Shown: one piece after another, positions 25,301 to 38,256 of the stretch | Numbering within the stretch: position 1 is the stretch's first letter | Layout: every line of letters begins with the position of its first letter | NCBI RefSeq assembly: GCF_964355755.1 | Contig: NC_092670.1 | Span: 32,538,388 to 32,602,387, forward strand | Source: Antedon mediterranea | Lineage: Eukaryota > Animalia > Echinodermata | Reading direction: 5' to 3' | Length of the DNA: 64,000 bases | The notes under the pieces: generated by a model | The model's input: the letters and a program-made list of their open reading frames with translations, nothing else | Databases searched by the model: none | What the model was told of the DNA's origin: nothing | Translations under genes and position numbers: made by a program

Positions 25301-27611
25301 TTATATTTTGGATATTAAGATATAAAAAAACAAGAAACAACAAATATTAAGAAGATGAATGCATTTTTTCAGAAAATATAAACAATTTTTCAAAAACAAT
25401 AAACAACCATTATTGAATTAATTAAATTTTACATTCATTGATAGTATACTATTTGAATATTTTTAATATGATCTTCAAGAATTAATAACCTTCGAAATTT
25501 TCTTGACATAAACTCTTGATCAAGCTTAAAAAAAAGAAGATTCATTCAATTAAAAAGTTTGTAGAAAAATCAAGAAAACCGAGTCACTTAAGAGAAATGT
25601 AATTTTCGTTATTCTGATTATGATGTTTATAGTAATTACTACAATTCAATAACATGAAAACAAGGCCAATGACATCATTCATTTAATAAACCCAGGCCGT
25701 AGGATATTTCCAACAGTTTGAGGTGTCTTCTGAGCAAATAAGATTTGACAAGCCGATGACTAAAAAAACAGATCATATTGATAACTTGCTATAGATTAAA
25801 TTAAATATTTGTAGATTCCTCTGAGAAGGCGTTTATATTAATTCTGTCCAATAATAAATTTAACCAGATGTTATGCTAAACATAGAACAGTATGTACTTT
25901 AAATATTGTATAAAGGTTTTCAAAATTGGACAGTAATGTATAGTCCAATAATCCTATCATTCCATTAATTCTATCTAATAAAATATTTGATAATGCAATA
26001 TGATATGTATCTTACAAAGGCAACGGAATAAGCCTAAATTATATTACATTAAATAAGTTAGGTCACATAAAATTAAAAAGTGAGCATTGAAGAACAATTA
26101 CAAACTGTATTAGAAAAAAACAGATAAAAAACTGTTACAGTACAAATTCCACAAAGTATAGTTTTTTTAATTTGATTTTATGTTGAAAAAAAAATGTTTT
26201 ATTTAATGATGTTTGATGTTTCCTTGCATTCCCATAGAGCTATAAATTATAGGTTTTTTTCTATTTATTTTTTAATGCACAGGTAAATTAATATATTTGT
26301 ACCCATGTACTATTTAGTAAACTTATGAGAAAAAGTGTTAGAATAGTAGTCAATATAATAATTCAGTTATTTTTAATATTCAGTGATTTTATACTTTGAT
26401 TTTTTTATGATGTTAAATACCTTGTTACTTTTATGAATACAATTTTGCAATACAATTTGACTTTAATTTTACAAAAAGTAGTTGAAAATGTACATACAGG
26501 TTACTTCATTGTTGTACCAGCAAAAGCTTTCTCTTTTGTGAATGACATTATTTGAACTACCTAAGTATATTTGAATTAGAAGAAAAGAAAAGCAGTCGGA
26601 ATGGTTAAAAGACACAAACACCAGATGTACAACGAAGCAACATACTCAAAAAATCTCTGAACAAAATGATCTGTGTGTAGACAGAAAATAAACAAAGCGT
26701 GCTTTCTTTTTTTTCTGCATACAAGCATATTGTTTGCCCCCAACTAGGGAATAAATGAGTTGCCGCTGAAAATGATGGACAGATTCGATGACCTGTGTAA
26801 AATAGATCACAGGAATGTTGGACAATCAAATCTGATGATCAAGCATGGTTAATCAACTCTTTATAAACTCTTTCTATGATAATTTAATGAACTGAAAAAG
26901 AGAACATGATTTTATGAAATGGCCGACAAATACCACCAACAATGGTAATTTTGCTAAGGTGATGACTTTCTTGTAATTGCTTAGCGGGGAAGAAAATTGA
27001 CAAGATTGAAAACATTAAATTGATTCCATATTTGAAGTAGTCTTGGTGTTGCGGTGGTGGCCTGTTTACAGATAGTTTGACTTCCAATCACACTGCATCA
27101 TGTGAATATAAAGATTTGTTTGTGGAACTTTCTTTTGAAGACATTGATTAAGTTCATTAAATTCTTGTTTCATCTCCGTGGTTCCCATCATTTAGAACAT
27201 TTTGAATAATAATTTTATGATTAACAACATACTAAATCAAGTTGTAAATTTGTACATGATTCTCATTAATATTTATTTACACTATCTTTTACACATCCTA
27301 CAAATGGCTATCTCTCTCTCTCTCTCTGCGTCGTGAATCTGTGAGGTGTAAAAATAGCAGTGAATTGCTTTGCTTCCTCATTTTCAATTTAGCCTAAACA
27401 TTTCAGGAGAATTTGAATCCAGCTCTAATGCCCCATGGTTTAGTACACCCTTTTATCTATTAAGGGGACACTTTTAAATGATTAAGGGGAAATACATGCA
27501 TGTACAGTATGCTTTATCAATAAACGCCAACCCACTATAAAGTGGAAACTTTTGTTGAGTCCTGTAGGTATGCCCTACTGTAAATACTCTGTAATAATAA
27601 TAATATTTCAT

Positions 27612-27808
27612 AGATAGCAAGGGTCCTGTGTTCAAGCCCGTCACATGTCAGGATTTTTTCTAAGGACAAAATTACAACTCCACTTCAAAAGATTTGTTTA
27701 TGTAGAGCATTGTGTATGTTTGTCTTGTGAACCTATGAGGGTCTCTGATGATGATGATCAGCAATTGCTGGATGGATCACCCTCATTGAATACGGTAACA
27801 AAAAAAAG
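27612..27808 (+). mobile_element. 5'-truncated tRNA-derived SINE with LINE-like 3' stem-loop
   Basis: B box GTTCAAGCCC; 3' GAGGGT..GATC-CAGCAATTGCTG-GATC..ACCCTC stem followed by an A-rich tail. Confidence 0.55.
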
Positions 27809-30474
27809 AAGATGATTTCCAAAAATGGAACTTGTACTATCATGTTGGTTCGAATATTCATTATTGGCAACACTTTCATTGACTTTATTTATTTAGTGCG
27901 GACATCCAATTAATAATGTTTGATGTCCATTCCAAGCAAATATCATGTGACGTTATTGTCTACTATTTTTAGAATACTAGTATGAGGAATAATGCTTTGA
28001 TATGTAATCATTCATTTTCAATTAGTTCAACCTGATCAATATTGGTTGGTATTATGGCTTTTAGCCTAGTGAAAATGATTGAACTAGAATAAAGTTCATG
28101 CATTTTCTTAAAATTTGATACTCGGTATTTTTAAATGTAAATATGCAAGTCAGCAAATAATTAAATATGATTTAGTACAGTACAGTAGTAAGTTGAAAAA
28201 CAAACTATGAATATATTATCCAAAATAGTCAGTGTAAATAACTACAAATAAAAAAACATTGATGGCAATAATCAGTCTAGTCAAACTATGCCATGTGTGT
28301 GTGGCCAAGTACAGGCGTAGTAGTAGGGCATGAAACCAACATTTATACTGTTAATATTGTTTGAATTTTGGGCTTGCTATAATGTAGTAGTGGCTTGAGT
28401 TGAGAATCATTTAGTTTAAATAAACAATTTAAGCTTTTTTTCTAAAATGTTTAAAAACTTAAAACTTTTTGGAAAACATAATACAACTTTGTAAGAGACA
28501 ATATACAACGTATATTAAAGTTTGACAGTAAAATAAATTAAAAAAGTTTATCTGTAACTAGATAAAATGTTAATGTTCATTTTAAGAGATGTATACAGAA
28601 ATTCTTTATTTCTAGACCTACTCAGTGATGATGGATGATGTGTTAATGTGCTGTATAGACATAACACAAATTGAATGTCAGCCATGTGATTAGGTCTGCA
28701 TTAATTACTAATAGAGTAACAATGTTTTTATCATGTTTGGTTGACTAGTTCCATCCATCACTCATCTCCTTTCACCTCCATTTGTCATCACCGATTTGTT
28801 TACTGACCCATAAATTTGACCCTACTCATTAGTTGTCCAAAGCTTTTGAAGTCATGTGTCTGAGGAGAAGCTTCTCAAGCTCTTAGTGGACCAAACCTTA
28901 GAAAGTGTATTTATTTAGGCTTTTGAGTGAAGTCTGTGAAGAGTTGTTTAGGCTGCACACAATAGAGGTTGCCAAGCAAAAAGCTCTGTCGATGCAGATG
29001 TTGAAACTGAATTGATCTCAATATAAATATGAGTCTATAGGGTTACATCTTAATATACTGCTTGCTTTTAACCTTATGACCTTTAATTAGGCATCCAATT
29101 AATGACAGATTCTGATCACTATAGGCGTTGATGGCTCTCCGTCTCTGCTTTCTGATGTCAATAGATTTTATTCAGGAAAATATCCATGTCACACACTAGG
29201 CCTATACATTTTGTGATCAGAGTCGGCCCTAATATTGAAATTATAGTTAAAGTGTTAATTAAGGTTTACAAATTGCTGTCATTAACATTATAATTAGCAT
29301 TTTGTCACAAGAATTTAGGCTAGATAGCAATAGTGTATAAAAAGTAGTAAACAGAGTACAAATTAATGTGCTAAATTCTAAATTAATATTTTATATACAA
29401 AAAAAAACAAACTTTCAGATGCATTTATTGTACATAATACTGTGCTTATATAATCATTTAATTCAGGTAGTTTCCTCATTTTATTTTAGATTTTATAACT
29501 CTGGAATGTGGCTCATTGTTAAAATTTGACATACAGTCTGAGTACATTCTTTAAAATTAATTAATTACTTATTTAAAAATCTATTATTGCGTTTTTTCCA
29601 AGACATGGAAACCTGTTATCTAGGGTTAAACATTTCCATTTCTTTTAACCATTTTGCCGTCCATGTTTTCCAAGAATTACATGTTTATGTTAAAACTAGA
29701 GCAGTCAGATACAGTACTAGGCTAAACAGTCAAAGTTTTAGTTCCGTCAGCTATGCTATAACAGTTAGTTTAATTCAATTAACATTTACTTGATATATTG
29801 TTTCTTCAAATATTTACAAGATAAAAGTTTTATTGAAATTAAGTAAAAGGTTTTTATTGGCTTTAAAACATGTAACTGCTGCAGTAAAGTCTTTAGAGGC
29901 ATGTCACATCAAGGCATCCTATATGCAAAATAACAGCAAACATCTGAATCACAGTAACCTTTTACACACCTAACAAAATCAATGTACTGGGACATAAAAG
30001 TTGCAGGTAAAGAGATGTCTGAAAGAGAGGTGGATAAAGAGTTAAAATCGGAATTGGAGTAGGCCTATATGTTTCTTCCAGTTGATCTCTCTTGAGATAT
30101 TTGGCAGCAAAGATGTCTGCTCTAGAAACTCCAGAACTGTGCATTAAGTTTACACATTTTTGTAGTTCTATAGTGCATTTTGTGAATTTATTCTTGAATC
30201 TAATAATGGTCAATTTTCCATCGCTTTTACATTATAAAAATCATATGCCACAATCTAATTAAAACATTTTTGCTACATTACTATTATTTTAAAGCAATAG
30301 GCCTGTTTATGTAATTAATAAATAAGTGTGCATGCATGGTAATGTGTCAAGCAAAAAGTTCTTGTTCAGAATAGAATGAACTCCATACTATTTAATATGC
30401 GCATATTAAAATGTCTTTTTGTATTGGTGTCTAATATTTATACTTTATTGATTGTTATTTTTTTATTGTTCTAG

Positions 30475-30522
30475 GCTGAAGTTCAGGAGGACATGTCTTC
30501 ATTTTGTGATCGTAAAGATGAG
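30475..30522 (+). CDS. RECK: RECK exon 6
   Basis: AEVQEDMSSFCDRKDE. Confidence 0.88.
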
Positions 30523-31292
30523 GTAAGATTCATATCCTATGTAGTGCTTGGCAAGCTTGTGGCCAGGGAAAAAATGTCATGATCTAGACTCTAGACTGGA
30601 TTCAGGAAGAAAAGGGGTTCCATTCAACTCGTTTTCGGGAACTTTAAATGAATTTTATTCAAGATATAAAATACCTGTTATTGATGCTACAATTTACTAA
30701 AGTCTATACTTTCTATTTGTATTACCTTTTATACTAACCGATTCCGTTTGTTTAAACTAAGAGGCATGCAGCCTACCTGTCTTGTGTATTGTTAAAACAA
30801 CAATATTAACTTGTTCTTTTTTCAATTTTACCATGTAATTTACTCAATTATCCAACCTTGAACTTGTGAAGTGTGAAAACTTAAACTATGCTTTCTGGAA
30901 CACAACTTTTGAAAATTGTCAAAAACATAATAAATCAAAAATTACCTAAGAATTTTAAAGACCCTGAGTGGTGGATGTTTGTTATTCCATTTTAGTCAGA
31001 AATAAACCATTCAAAGTTTAACAAAACTTATAACACTATGGCTTCCTGTTTATTGTATGGTAGAATGGAAGTGTTTGTCCTACTACAGTAATTATCATGG
31101 GTCGGTTTAGTACTTGCCCAGCATACAATAGCTAGTATAAAAGCACGACTAAATAATTGATTCAATAGTAATCTACTTTATTTGTTTGATCAGGGAAGAG
31201 TGAAATTACTAGATTGATATTCCTCTTTAGTCTACAATAACCCATTCAAACTTTAACAAAACACTACATTGCTTCCTGAGTAGTGTATGTAA

Positions 31293-31395
31293 AGCTCTGT
31301 CTACACTATCAAACTTTATGTGACAAAAAAATGTGATATGCCTATGTATGGACATGATGATGTCATATCACTACCATATTTGGGCACATCACACT
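31293..31395. mobile_element. Harbinger-type MITE, one-ended copy
   Basis: AGCTCTGTCTACACTATCAAAC TIR plus the shared body. Confidence 0.8.
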
Positions 31396-31805
31396 TGTTG
31401 GTTGTTGTTGTGTTTGTACTATTTTTTTTTTTCAGGGCTTTGTTTAGTAGGCCTACTTGCCCAACATACATTAGCTATACTAAAAGGAACCACAATATGT
31501 CTATGAGCCCGTGGCCAAATATTTTTGGGCCACATTGGGCTATAGCCTATTGATTCTTTATTGGTTCTTGTATATCTCAGAGCAAACATAATTTGTATGT
31601 ATATTTTATATGCAAATGACAATAAATCCACAAGTATTTTTCCACTGATGAACGAATGAATGAATTAATCTTTTTAAATTGTAAAAACCAGCTTGTATCC
31701 ATTGCTGAATTAATTACAGTAAGTTTAAAGTATATTAAATTCATAAAGCATCAAGCATGAAACAAATTAGAAGATGTCAAGCGATTTTATTTTATGTTCT
31801 TTCAG

Positions 31806-31839
31806 AAACAAATGTACCAGTGTGTTAATAGGCTTACAT
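31806..31839 (+). CDS. RECK: RECK exon 7
   Basis: KQMYQCVNRLT, 34 nt, phase 0 to 1. Confidence 0.85.
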
Positions 31840-32271
31840 GTGAGTATTCATTTTCAGTATTGGGGGCAGCTTTTGATTTGTGATGACTGACACCGAAATT
31901 ATGTCACATTAGTTCATTGTGTTCATGACGTCATATGGGGACATTTCGTTGCTCTTCACCATGACACATTTTTGTATATTACCTTATAAAACTTTAATTT
32001 TAAAGGAAAAATAGTCAACTGGAAGCCCATTGTCTGAAAGTCAGTTTTTGGTTAAATTCAACTGTTTATTTTGTTCTTTTATTGGCAAAACAATTTTTTT
32101 ATATAACTTGTGGCCTACAAATAATGTTATGCATCGATCGTTATTTTTTCATTTTTGGGCAATTGTTCATAATAATGAAATTTTGTGTTTGTTTATAATC
32201 TAATTTCATTACTCTTTATTTATTCTACTTGGAAAATATTAAGAATAACATAAAAAATTATATATTTTTAG

Positions 32272-32469
32272 GGAAAAAGACTTGTTGTCAAAGTGCATCT
32301 TCTGGGCATATTTGCTCAACAAAATGTGCGGCAGTCTTTGATGCGGTTTCTCCAACCGAACAAATGGCATTAGATGTTACGATGTACTGTTCTGATGTTG
32401 ATGAAAGTATTAGTACATGCGTTAACAACTATACAAGTATTACGCAATCAAAAAGAGATCCAAAAGAAA
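32272..32469 (+). CDS. RECK: RECK exon 8 (CC3)
   Basis: KKTCCQSASSGHICSTKCAAVF...CVNNYTSITQSKRDPKE. Confidence 0.93.
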
Positions 32470-32847
32470 GTGAGTATATTATAATGTTAGCTTTTGTTTG
32501 TTATTCAAGTTGTGTTGCCATTTATTCATTTACCAGAAAAAAATTAAAACAGTGAATAAAAGAAAGAAATGTACATTCTCTCCATTTTCACAATTACAAT
32601 TTCTCAATACAAATTCCATAACAATAACATAATAATTGTAACAAAACTGAATAGATTCCTGTCATTTTATTGGAGGATTGTGGATCACATGATATTCAAT
32701 AGACATACTATTTTCTTGTGATTAACAGGAATGTGATGTGAAATAAAGTATTAAATCTGATGTGTTTTCTTTTGCATTATAATTTTCGAAATGTATGGAA
32801 TCTGTTTAATGCAGAACAAAACATAAAAAAACATAGGCCTACAGTAA

Positions 32848-33009
32848 CAAGTTCTTTAACATGCATTAGGTACGGCTTTATGTCCCATCTAAAGGATGAT
32901 GCAATGAGAGTAAATCATTCTGCCTAATGAATATAATAAATATGGCACAGACATGCTCGAACCCATGCCTCTCGGGCTAGTTTTATCCCTTGTGCATCAT
33001 ATCACTCTC
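32848..33009 (-). mobile_element. Older copy of the 20111 SINE family (tRNA + CORE + Deu part only)
   Basis: Reverse complement gives GAGAGTGAT...GGCATGGGTTCGAG...TTTACTCTCATTGC...GATGGGACATAAAGCCGT...GTTAAAGAACTTG. Confidence 0.75.
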
Positions 33010-33504
33010 TAAATTGTTTTGGTTTCATTGATTTTCAACAGCTCTCTAAAAAAAAGTTTTACAAATTGTTACACTGAATTCTATTTTTGTCTCATGAATT
33101 TATATTAAAGTGAAAGTACATTAAAACCTTTATCCCTTCTCATGTTGCACAAATTCAGTATTAAAATTGATTAATCACAAATATATGAGTGAAAGCATTG
33201 TTTGTCTTAAAGTGCAATAATAAAGACGCTACTATATAATATTCACAGCATAAACTATAATTTATATTTTCACATTCTCAAATTTAGCATGTTGATTTAT
33301 TCTTTAAGGTATTGTTCACCTTTAGGGTGATATATATGCTTTTACTTCCTTATTCTGTAATGTAATATATAACATAATATAGTATAAACCCTGGGTTTAA
33401 TAAATCTAACTTTTGGAAAAGACATAATACTGTAATGTATGTCATTGAAGTCTTATTTTTGGATCCGTCTAGACTAACAGGTACTGTACATTGGTTTTGT
33501 CATA

Positions 33505-33930
33505 TATAAATATCTTGGAATTGAGTTTGACCAGCATATGTCTGGCAAGCAGATCAATAAAAAAATCATAAAGAATGCAAATTACAGGTTGAAATATATG
33601 AAACGCAATTCTCATCATTTAAATTTTCATTCACTTATTCTTTATACAGCTCTAATTCTCCCCACGATTGATTTATGCCTTGTCATCTTGGGCTTTTTAA
33701 AATAAAACCCCTGATAAAAACTACAAATTATTCAAAACAAGGCTGTAGAGCTCTGTCTACACTATCAAACTAGTTTGATGTGTGATGTGCCCAAATATGA
33801 TAGTGATATGACATCATCATGTCCATTGTATGGGCACATCACATTTTTTTTGTCACATAAAGTTTGATACTGTAGATGAGTCGTGATTCACATGTTGGTC
33901 ATCCTCAACTATCACAACTTAATTTCCGTT
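33505..33930 (+). pseudogene. Decayed L2/Crack-type RT C-terminal fragment interrupted by a MITE
   Basis: KYLGIEFDQHMSG...LYTALILPTID(fs)Y..SSW...KLQIIQNKAV. Confidence 0.75.
33749..33876. mobile_element. Harbinger-type MITE copy
   Basis: Same TIR and body as the 5978 copy. Confidence 0.8.
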
Positions 33931-34109
33931 GTATCCAAGATTTTAATTTTAAAATTTATGTCACAACCTATTTTGTGAATACCAGAGAAACAATTGTGAA
34001 AGTAATAAAATTCTATATAACTATTATAATAACATATTAACTATTATTGATGTATCCAGCAATAAAAGTTGCTATTGTATGTAACTTTTGTTTTCCAATC
34101 CTCCAGTTA

Positions 34110-34237
34110 AGCTCTGTCTACAGTATCAACTTTATGTGACAACAAAATGTGTTGTGCTCAATGGACATGATAATGTCATATCACTACCATATTTTGCCAC
34201 ATTACACTTTTTTTGATAGTATAAATTGTACAGAGCT
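34110..34237. mobile_element. Harbinger-type MITE copy with TTA/TTA target duplication
   Basis: tta-AGCTCTGTCTACA...CAGAGCT-tta. Confidence 0.8.
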
Positions 34238-34318
34238 TTAGAACAGGTAATTCAAAGTAAATTCAAACAAAAAAACAAATTTTAATATTAGATCTTCTTT
34301 TCAATTTTCTTATATTAG

Positions 34319-34492
34319 GCATTCATTGCTGTGAACAATCTGCAAATGAAAAATGCCGCCAAACGTGTCATAATGCCCTGAATGTCATGACAGATGAGAT
34401 CCAGATAATGGAAGCCTTGATAGATGACTGTGGAGAACCACTGTTGACTGATGTGCCAGATAAAATCTGGAATTGCTTTCTTCTTGATATTG
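34319..34492 (+). CDS. RECK: RECK exon 9 (CC4)
   Basis: SIHCCEQSANEKCRQTCHNAL...DCGEPLLTDVPDKIWNCFLLDI. Confidence 0.93.
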
Positions 34493-35028
34493 GTAGGTAG
34501 AATTTTCTCAGTAGTACTGTACATCCCATACCTTCAGAAGATGGAGTGTTCGGCATTTGGAAGGAGCTAATGCTACTGTATAACAATTGATCAAAAGCTT
34601 TACACTGATGGTTGGTTATAATGCCCTACCTACATTTCTAAACCTTATTAGGATATAGAGCCTGTTCTGACCTACCGTAATATCAAACTGAGAGTCAGAA
34701 ACTACAGTGGGTGAAAGTTGATATGAACAGCCACTGTATATCCACCAAGATCAAAACATAGTTTTTTAATACAGTATGCAATTTTTTATTTTATTGTTAA
34801 TGGTAAGAAAATTAGTAATTTCTTGATAAACGTCACAAATTTTGCATGACAAACAAAACGGCAAAATTCTGTATCAAATGGCGTAGTTGTGTGTAATGAT
34901 TGAGTACCAGTAGTTGCAACATCTTCAAACTGACATATGATTTGCCAATGAATCCCATACTTGTTTTTATAAAACTCATTATTATTTATTTAATATTGAT
35001 ATTTTATTCTTTCTTTCCCTTTTTACAG

Positions 35029-35159
35029 CTACTTCAAAACTAGACTCCAAAACATCAGAAGAGAGCAAGACTCCAGTTAGTCTGTTAAATGTAGAGGGCG
35101 CCAAACTATCTTGCTGCCATGTGGCTGTTAGCACTGTTTGCAAAAATTTGTGTATCAAG
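35029..35159 (+). CDS. RECK: RECK exon 10 (CC5 start)
   Basis: ...VEGAKLSCCHVAVSTVCKNLCIK. Confidence 0.92.
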
Positions 35160-35534
35160 GTAAGAAAAAAAGTTTATGCATTCAAAATCGTTTATTGGGA
35201 ACAATTTGGTTTGTGTTTTTGATATTGTCTTTTTTGGACACACCAGCTTTGAACATGATTTGTATATTTGTTCAATTCAATACAACTTTATTTAACCACG
35301 GATGAGGCCCAGATCAACACATGGTTGTTCTTCCCTGGGGACGTGCAATATACAAAATTTTCATTTGTACGTAATTGTTTCAAATAGGTCCTGTTCTGTT
35401 TTTTCCCCATGATATCATCCTATTGTTATGAAAAAGACATAGATTTGAACCATGAACTTGTGGTTCATGAAACAATTGACATATTTTATCATTTTCGTTT
35501 GACACTGATTATTATTATTATTACTATTTCATAG

Positions 35535-35637
35535 TTATACAGCGAACCTATTGAACCATTACGATGGGATGAGTTTGAGATCAAGTGTAAATATAGATCA
35601 GCAGAAGAGACAGCCATGCTTACATGCTTAGCTGATT
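35535..35637 (+). CDS. RECK: RECK exon 11
   Basis: LYSEPIEPLRWDEFEIKCKYRSAEETAMLTCLAD. Confidence 0.92.
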
Positions 35638-35886
35638 GTAAGTTTACTTTAACAAAAACAAACAATTAGCACAGATGGCATAAATAGGCTGTTGGTATTT
35701 ATATTCAAAATTTAAGTGAGTTAATGATGTGGGATAGCATTATTTTTATACTGTATACATACAGTACATAGTGCTATAGGATGTCAAAGTCATGGACACT
35801 ACAAAATAGGCAAAAGCAATCGATATTTTCTCCTTTACTTACTTAACATTTTGTCAAAAGTAAATTTAATATTCTATTATTTTCAG

Positions 35887-35947
35887 TTGAAGAACCCTGC
35901 CAACCAGGCTGTAGTGGAATGGATTATTGCAGCAATTTTAATGGAAG
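35887..35947 (+). CDS. RECK: RECK exon 12
   Basis: EEPCQPGCSGMDYCSNFNGR. Confidence 0.92.
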
Positions 35948-36477
35948 GTAAGTAAATGTTTGCTGGTCAGGTGTTAGTCTGAGGTCTCTATTTTAGGTGA
36001 CCATGTGATGTTTAGTTTCTATGTTTGCCTTTTATCGTGGTGGATCACGCCCTGTCTACACTATCAAACTTTATGTGAAAACAAATGTGCCCATACAGGT
36101 GCCTTTTAGTATGGATACCATGACTCCTAATGGAATATGGTAACAATTAAAATTATCTCTTGCGTAAGGTCTGATGTGTGATGATGTTCCCTCCCATTTG
36201 AATCTTGGTTGAATAGGGCATTGTCAATACAACTTTTATTTCTTTAAGAGTTCCTTCGTTGTGTCTGAACTGAGATCATGACCAGTACATCCCAGCTCCA
36301 CCCCCCGAAAGATGGACTGGGTTCTTTAAAAAAGTGCACACTTAAAATGAAATAGGAGAAGAGCCTGGTTTGCAGTACCCCTTTCTTTAACTTCTCAGCC
36401 ACCTGAAATTGAATTATTGAGTGTATCTCAAAAGATTTTAATCAAACCAAATTGATCAAATAATTATAATTTTACAG

Positions 36478-36690
36478 ACCGACAGAGCTATTCCGCAGCT
36501 GCAATGCGCATGCAGACCGTAGTGCAAGAGAAGACATGAACAACTGGATGGGAGGAACTATTCTGATGCCTCATATGACGCTTTCTGTGCAGAACATCCG
36601 AGACTGCCAGCCTGAGATGTGGAAAGCGATCGCATGTACTTTACAGATTAGGCCATGTCATCGTAAGACACACAGTAATATGATATGCAA
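36478..36690 (+). CDS. RECK: RECK exon 13
   Basis: PTELFRSCNAHAD...CQPEMWKAIACTLQIRPCH, near-identical to recalled human motifs. Confidence 0.96.
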
Positions 36691-36921
36691 GTAAGTTTAG
36701 TAGATGAAGTATCAATTACAACTTATAGTGCTCTTACATAAGATATAGATTCTAGATATATATATTTTCATTTGGTTGAACTATTATGCGTCACATGGTA
36801 TTTTATAGACATATAATATCAAACAATCGAGTGATAGTATTATTCAGCTTTTTAGTATGAAAAAAATCTTCTCGTGTATGAAAAACACCAAGCAGAAATC
36901 CTATAGTGCTTGGCCTAGTTA

Positions 36922-37140
36922 AGCTTGGTTTGACATCATCATCTTTTCTTTGAGTTTGCTTTCTCCCTCTTCCAAGAAGTTAATAGCTATCTTCCTTCAA
37001 ACCAACTTTCCTACTTTCTTTTTTTACCATATCTTTCCACGTCACGTTTTGCCGTCCTCTTTCTCTTCTACCTCCAACTTCTAAATTCCAAGCTCTCTTT
37101 ACTGGTTCATCTTCATCTTTTCTTAGAGTATGTCCCATTA
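36922..37140 (-). pseudogene. RTE-clade LINE 3' fragment
   Basis: Minus strand MGHTLRKDEDEPVKRAWNLEVGGRRERGRQNVTWKDMV (RTE C-terminal GH..R..RGR..W.D pattern), (GAT)n tail. Confidence 0.75.
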
Positions 37141-37194
37141 GATCTCAAGCAAGCAAGTTACTTTTACTCAAGGTCTTTCGTTTGTTTTTTTTAG

Positions 37195-37331
37195 AGCGGA
37201 CTGTGTTGAAATCTTAACCCAATGCATTGCTCAGAATAGTGAAGAATCAGAATACTCGATAAAAGACATGTGTGACATTCTGTCACCAGCAGATGATGAT
37301 GCACCCTGTATTTCATTTAAAGAATACTTAT
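37195..37331 (+). CDS. RECK: RECK exon 14
   Basis: ADCVEILTQC...MCDILSPADDDAPCISFKEYL. Confidence 0.93.
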
Positions 37332-37501
37332 GTAAGTTTTGTTTTCTTCACACAACCAGCTACCCATTGGTAAATTTGATTATTTTCATGCGTTTGTAGA
37401 CATTTGTAAATGGAAAAAAACGAGTCAAACTCATCAAATTCTTCAAAGGCAAAATTTCTATTGTTCTCTCATAATGCCTACGTATTATTTTTATTTTTCA
37501 G

Positions 37502-37657
37502 ATCCAAGTAAATATGCCGAAATATCAACAGAAGTGACACTTCCATGCAATAACAATCCTTGTAAAAACGACACATTCACAAAACACAGCTTGTGTACTA
37601 CAGATCGGACCCTCTGCGGTGAAGGCGATGTCTGTTCTAAGCCTAGATGCATGTTAG
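37502..37657 (+). CDS. RECK: RECK exon 15
   Basis: PSKYAEISTEVTLPCNNNPC...CSKPRCML. Confidence 0.93.
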
Positions 37658-38070
37658 GTAAATCAATTACTTTTAATAATAAAATAGAGTTTTAAATTTT
37701 ATTTCAAAACACGTATTCCTTAAAGAAGAGTGCGAGGCTATTTACTGTACATAATGTATGTAATGTGCGCTATCAGTCTAATCTGTTCTACTCCACATTC
37801 AAAATTGAAGCTCTTTTGTTTAATAAACTAGCTTCCCGGCCTAGTTTTGGACGATGATTTATTCAAGATAATTAAATAAAAGTTGAGTTTAGAACAGTAT
37901 GTGTGTTATAAAACAAATAAATAATGTTCTATTCATTAAAGTATACCTATCTTTGATATTAACTTATTGGCAACATAATTCTAACAAGAAATTTTATAGA
38001 AATCATACAGTATGGTTTCAATTTTCATCTGTCCAATGGTTACTAGAGTAAACAGATCTTTTACTTTTAG

Positions 38071-38256
38071 GTTGTAAACTTGGACGCTCTCAACGTTTTA
38101 TGTTTCCACATGGAAGTAAGGTCCGAATCCCTGACTCAACCAACGATTTAACACGGTACAAGGCTTGTAACTGTGGTCAGAATGGACTATTTGAGAACTT
38201 TCAAACAATACCAAAACTAAAGGTTCGAGATTGTAAAATTGCTGGCCAGCTTAGAG
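38071..38256 (+). CDS. RECK: RECK exon 16
   Basis: GCKLGRSQRFMFPHGSKVRIP...ACNCGQNGLFEN...DCKIAGQLR. Confidence 0.92.

Noticed and set aside
27745-27785. CTGATGA hammerhead candidate
   Set aside because: Part of a (GAT)n run within a SINE 3' stem; no stem II-GAAA
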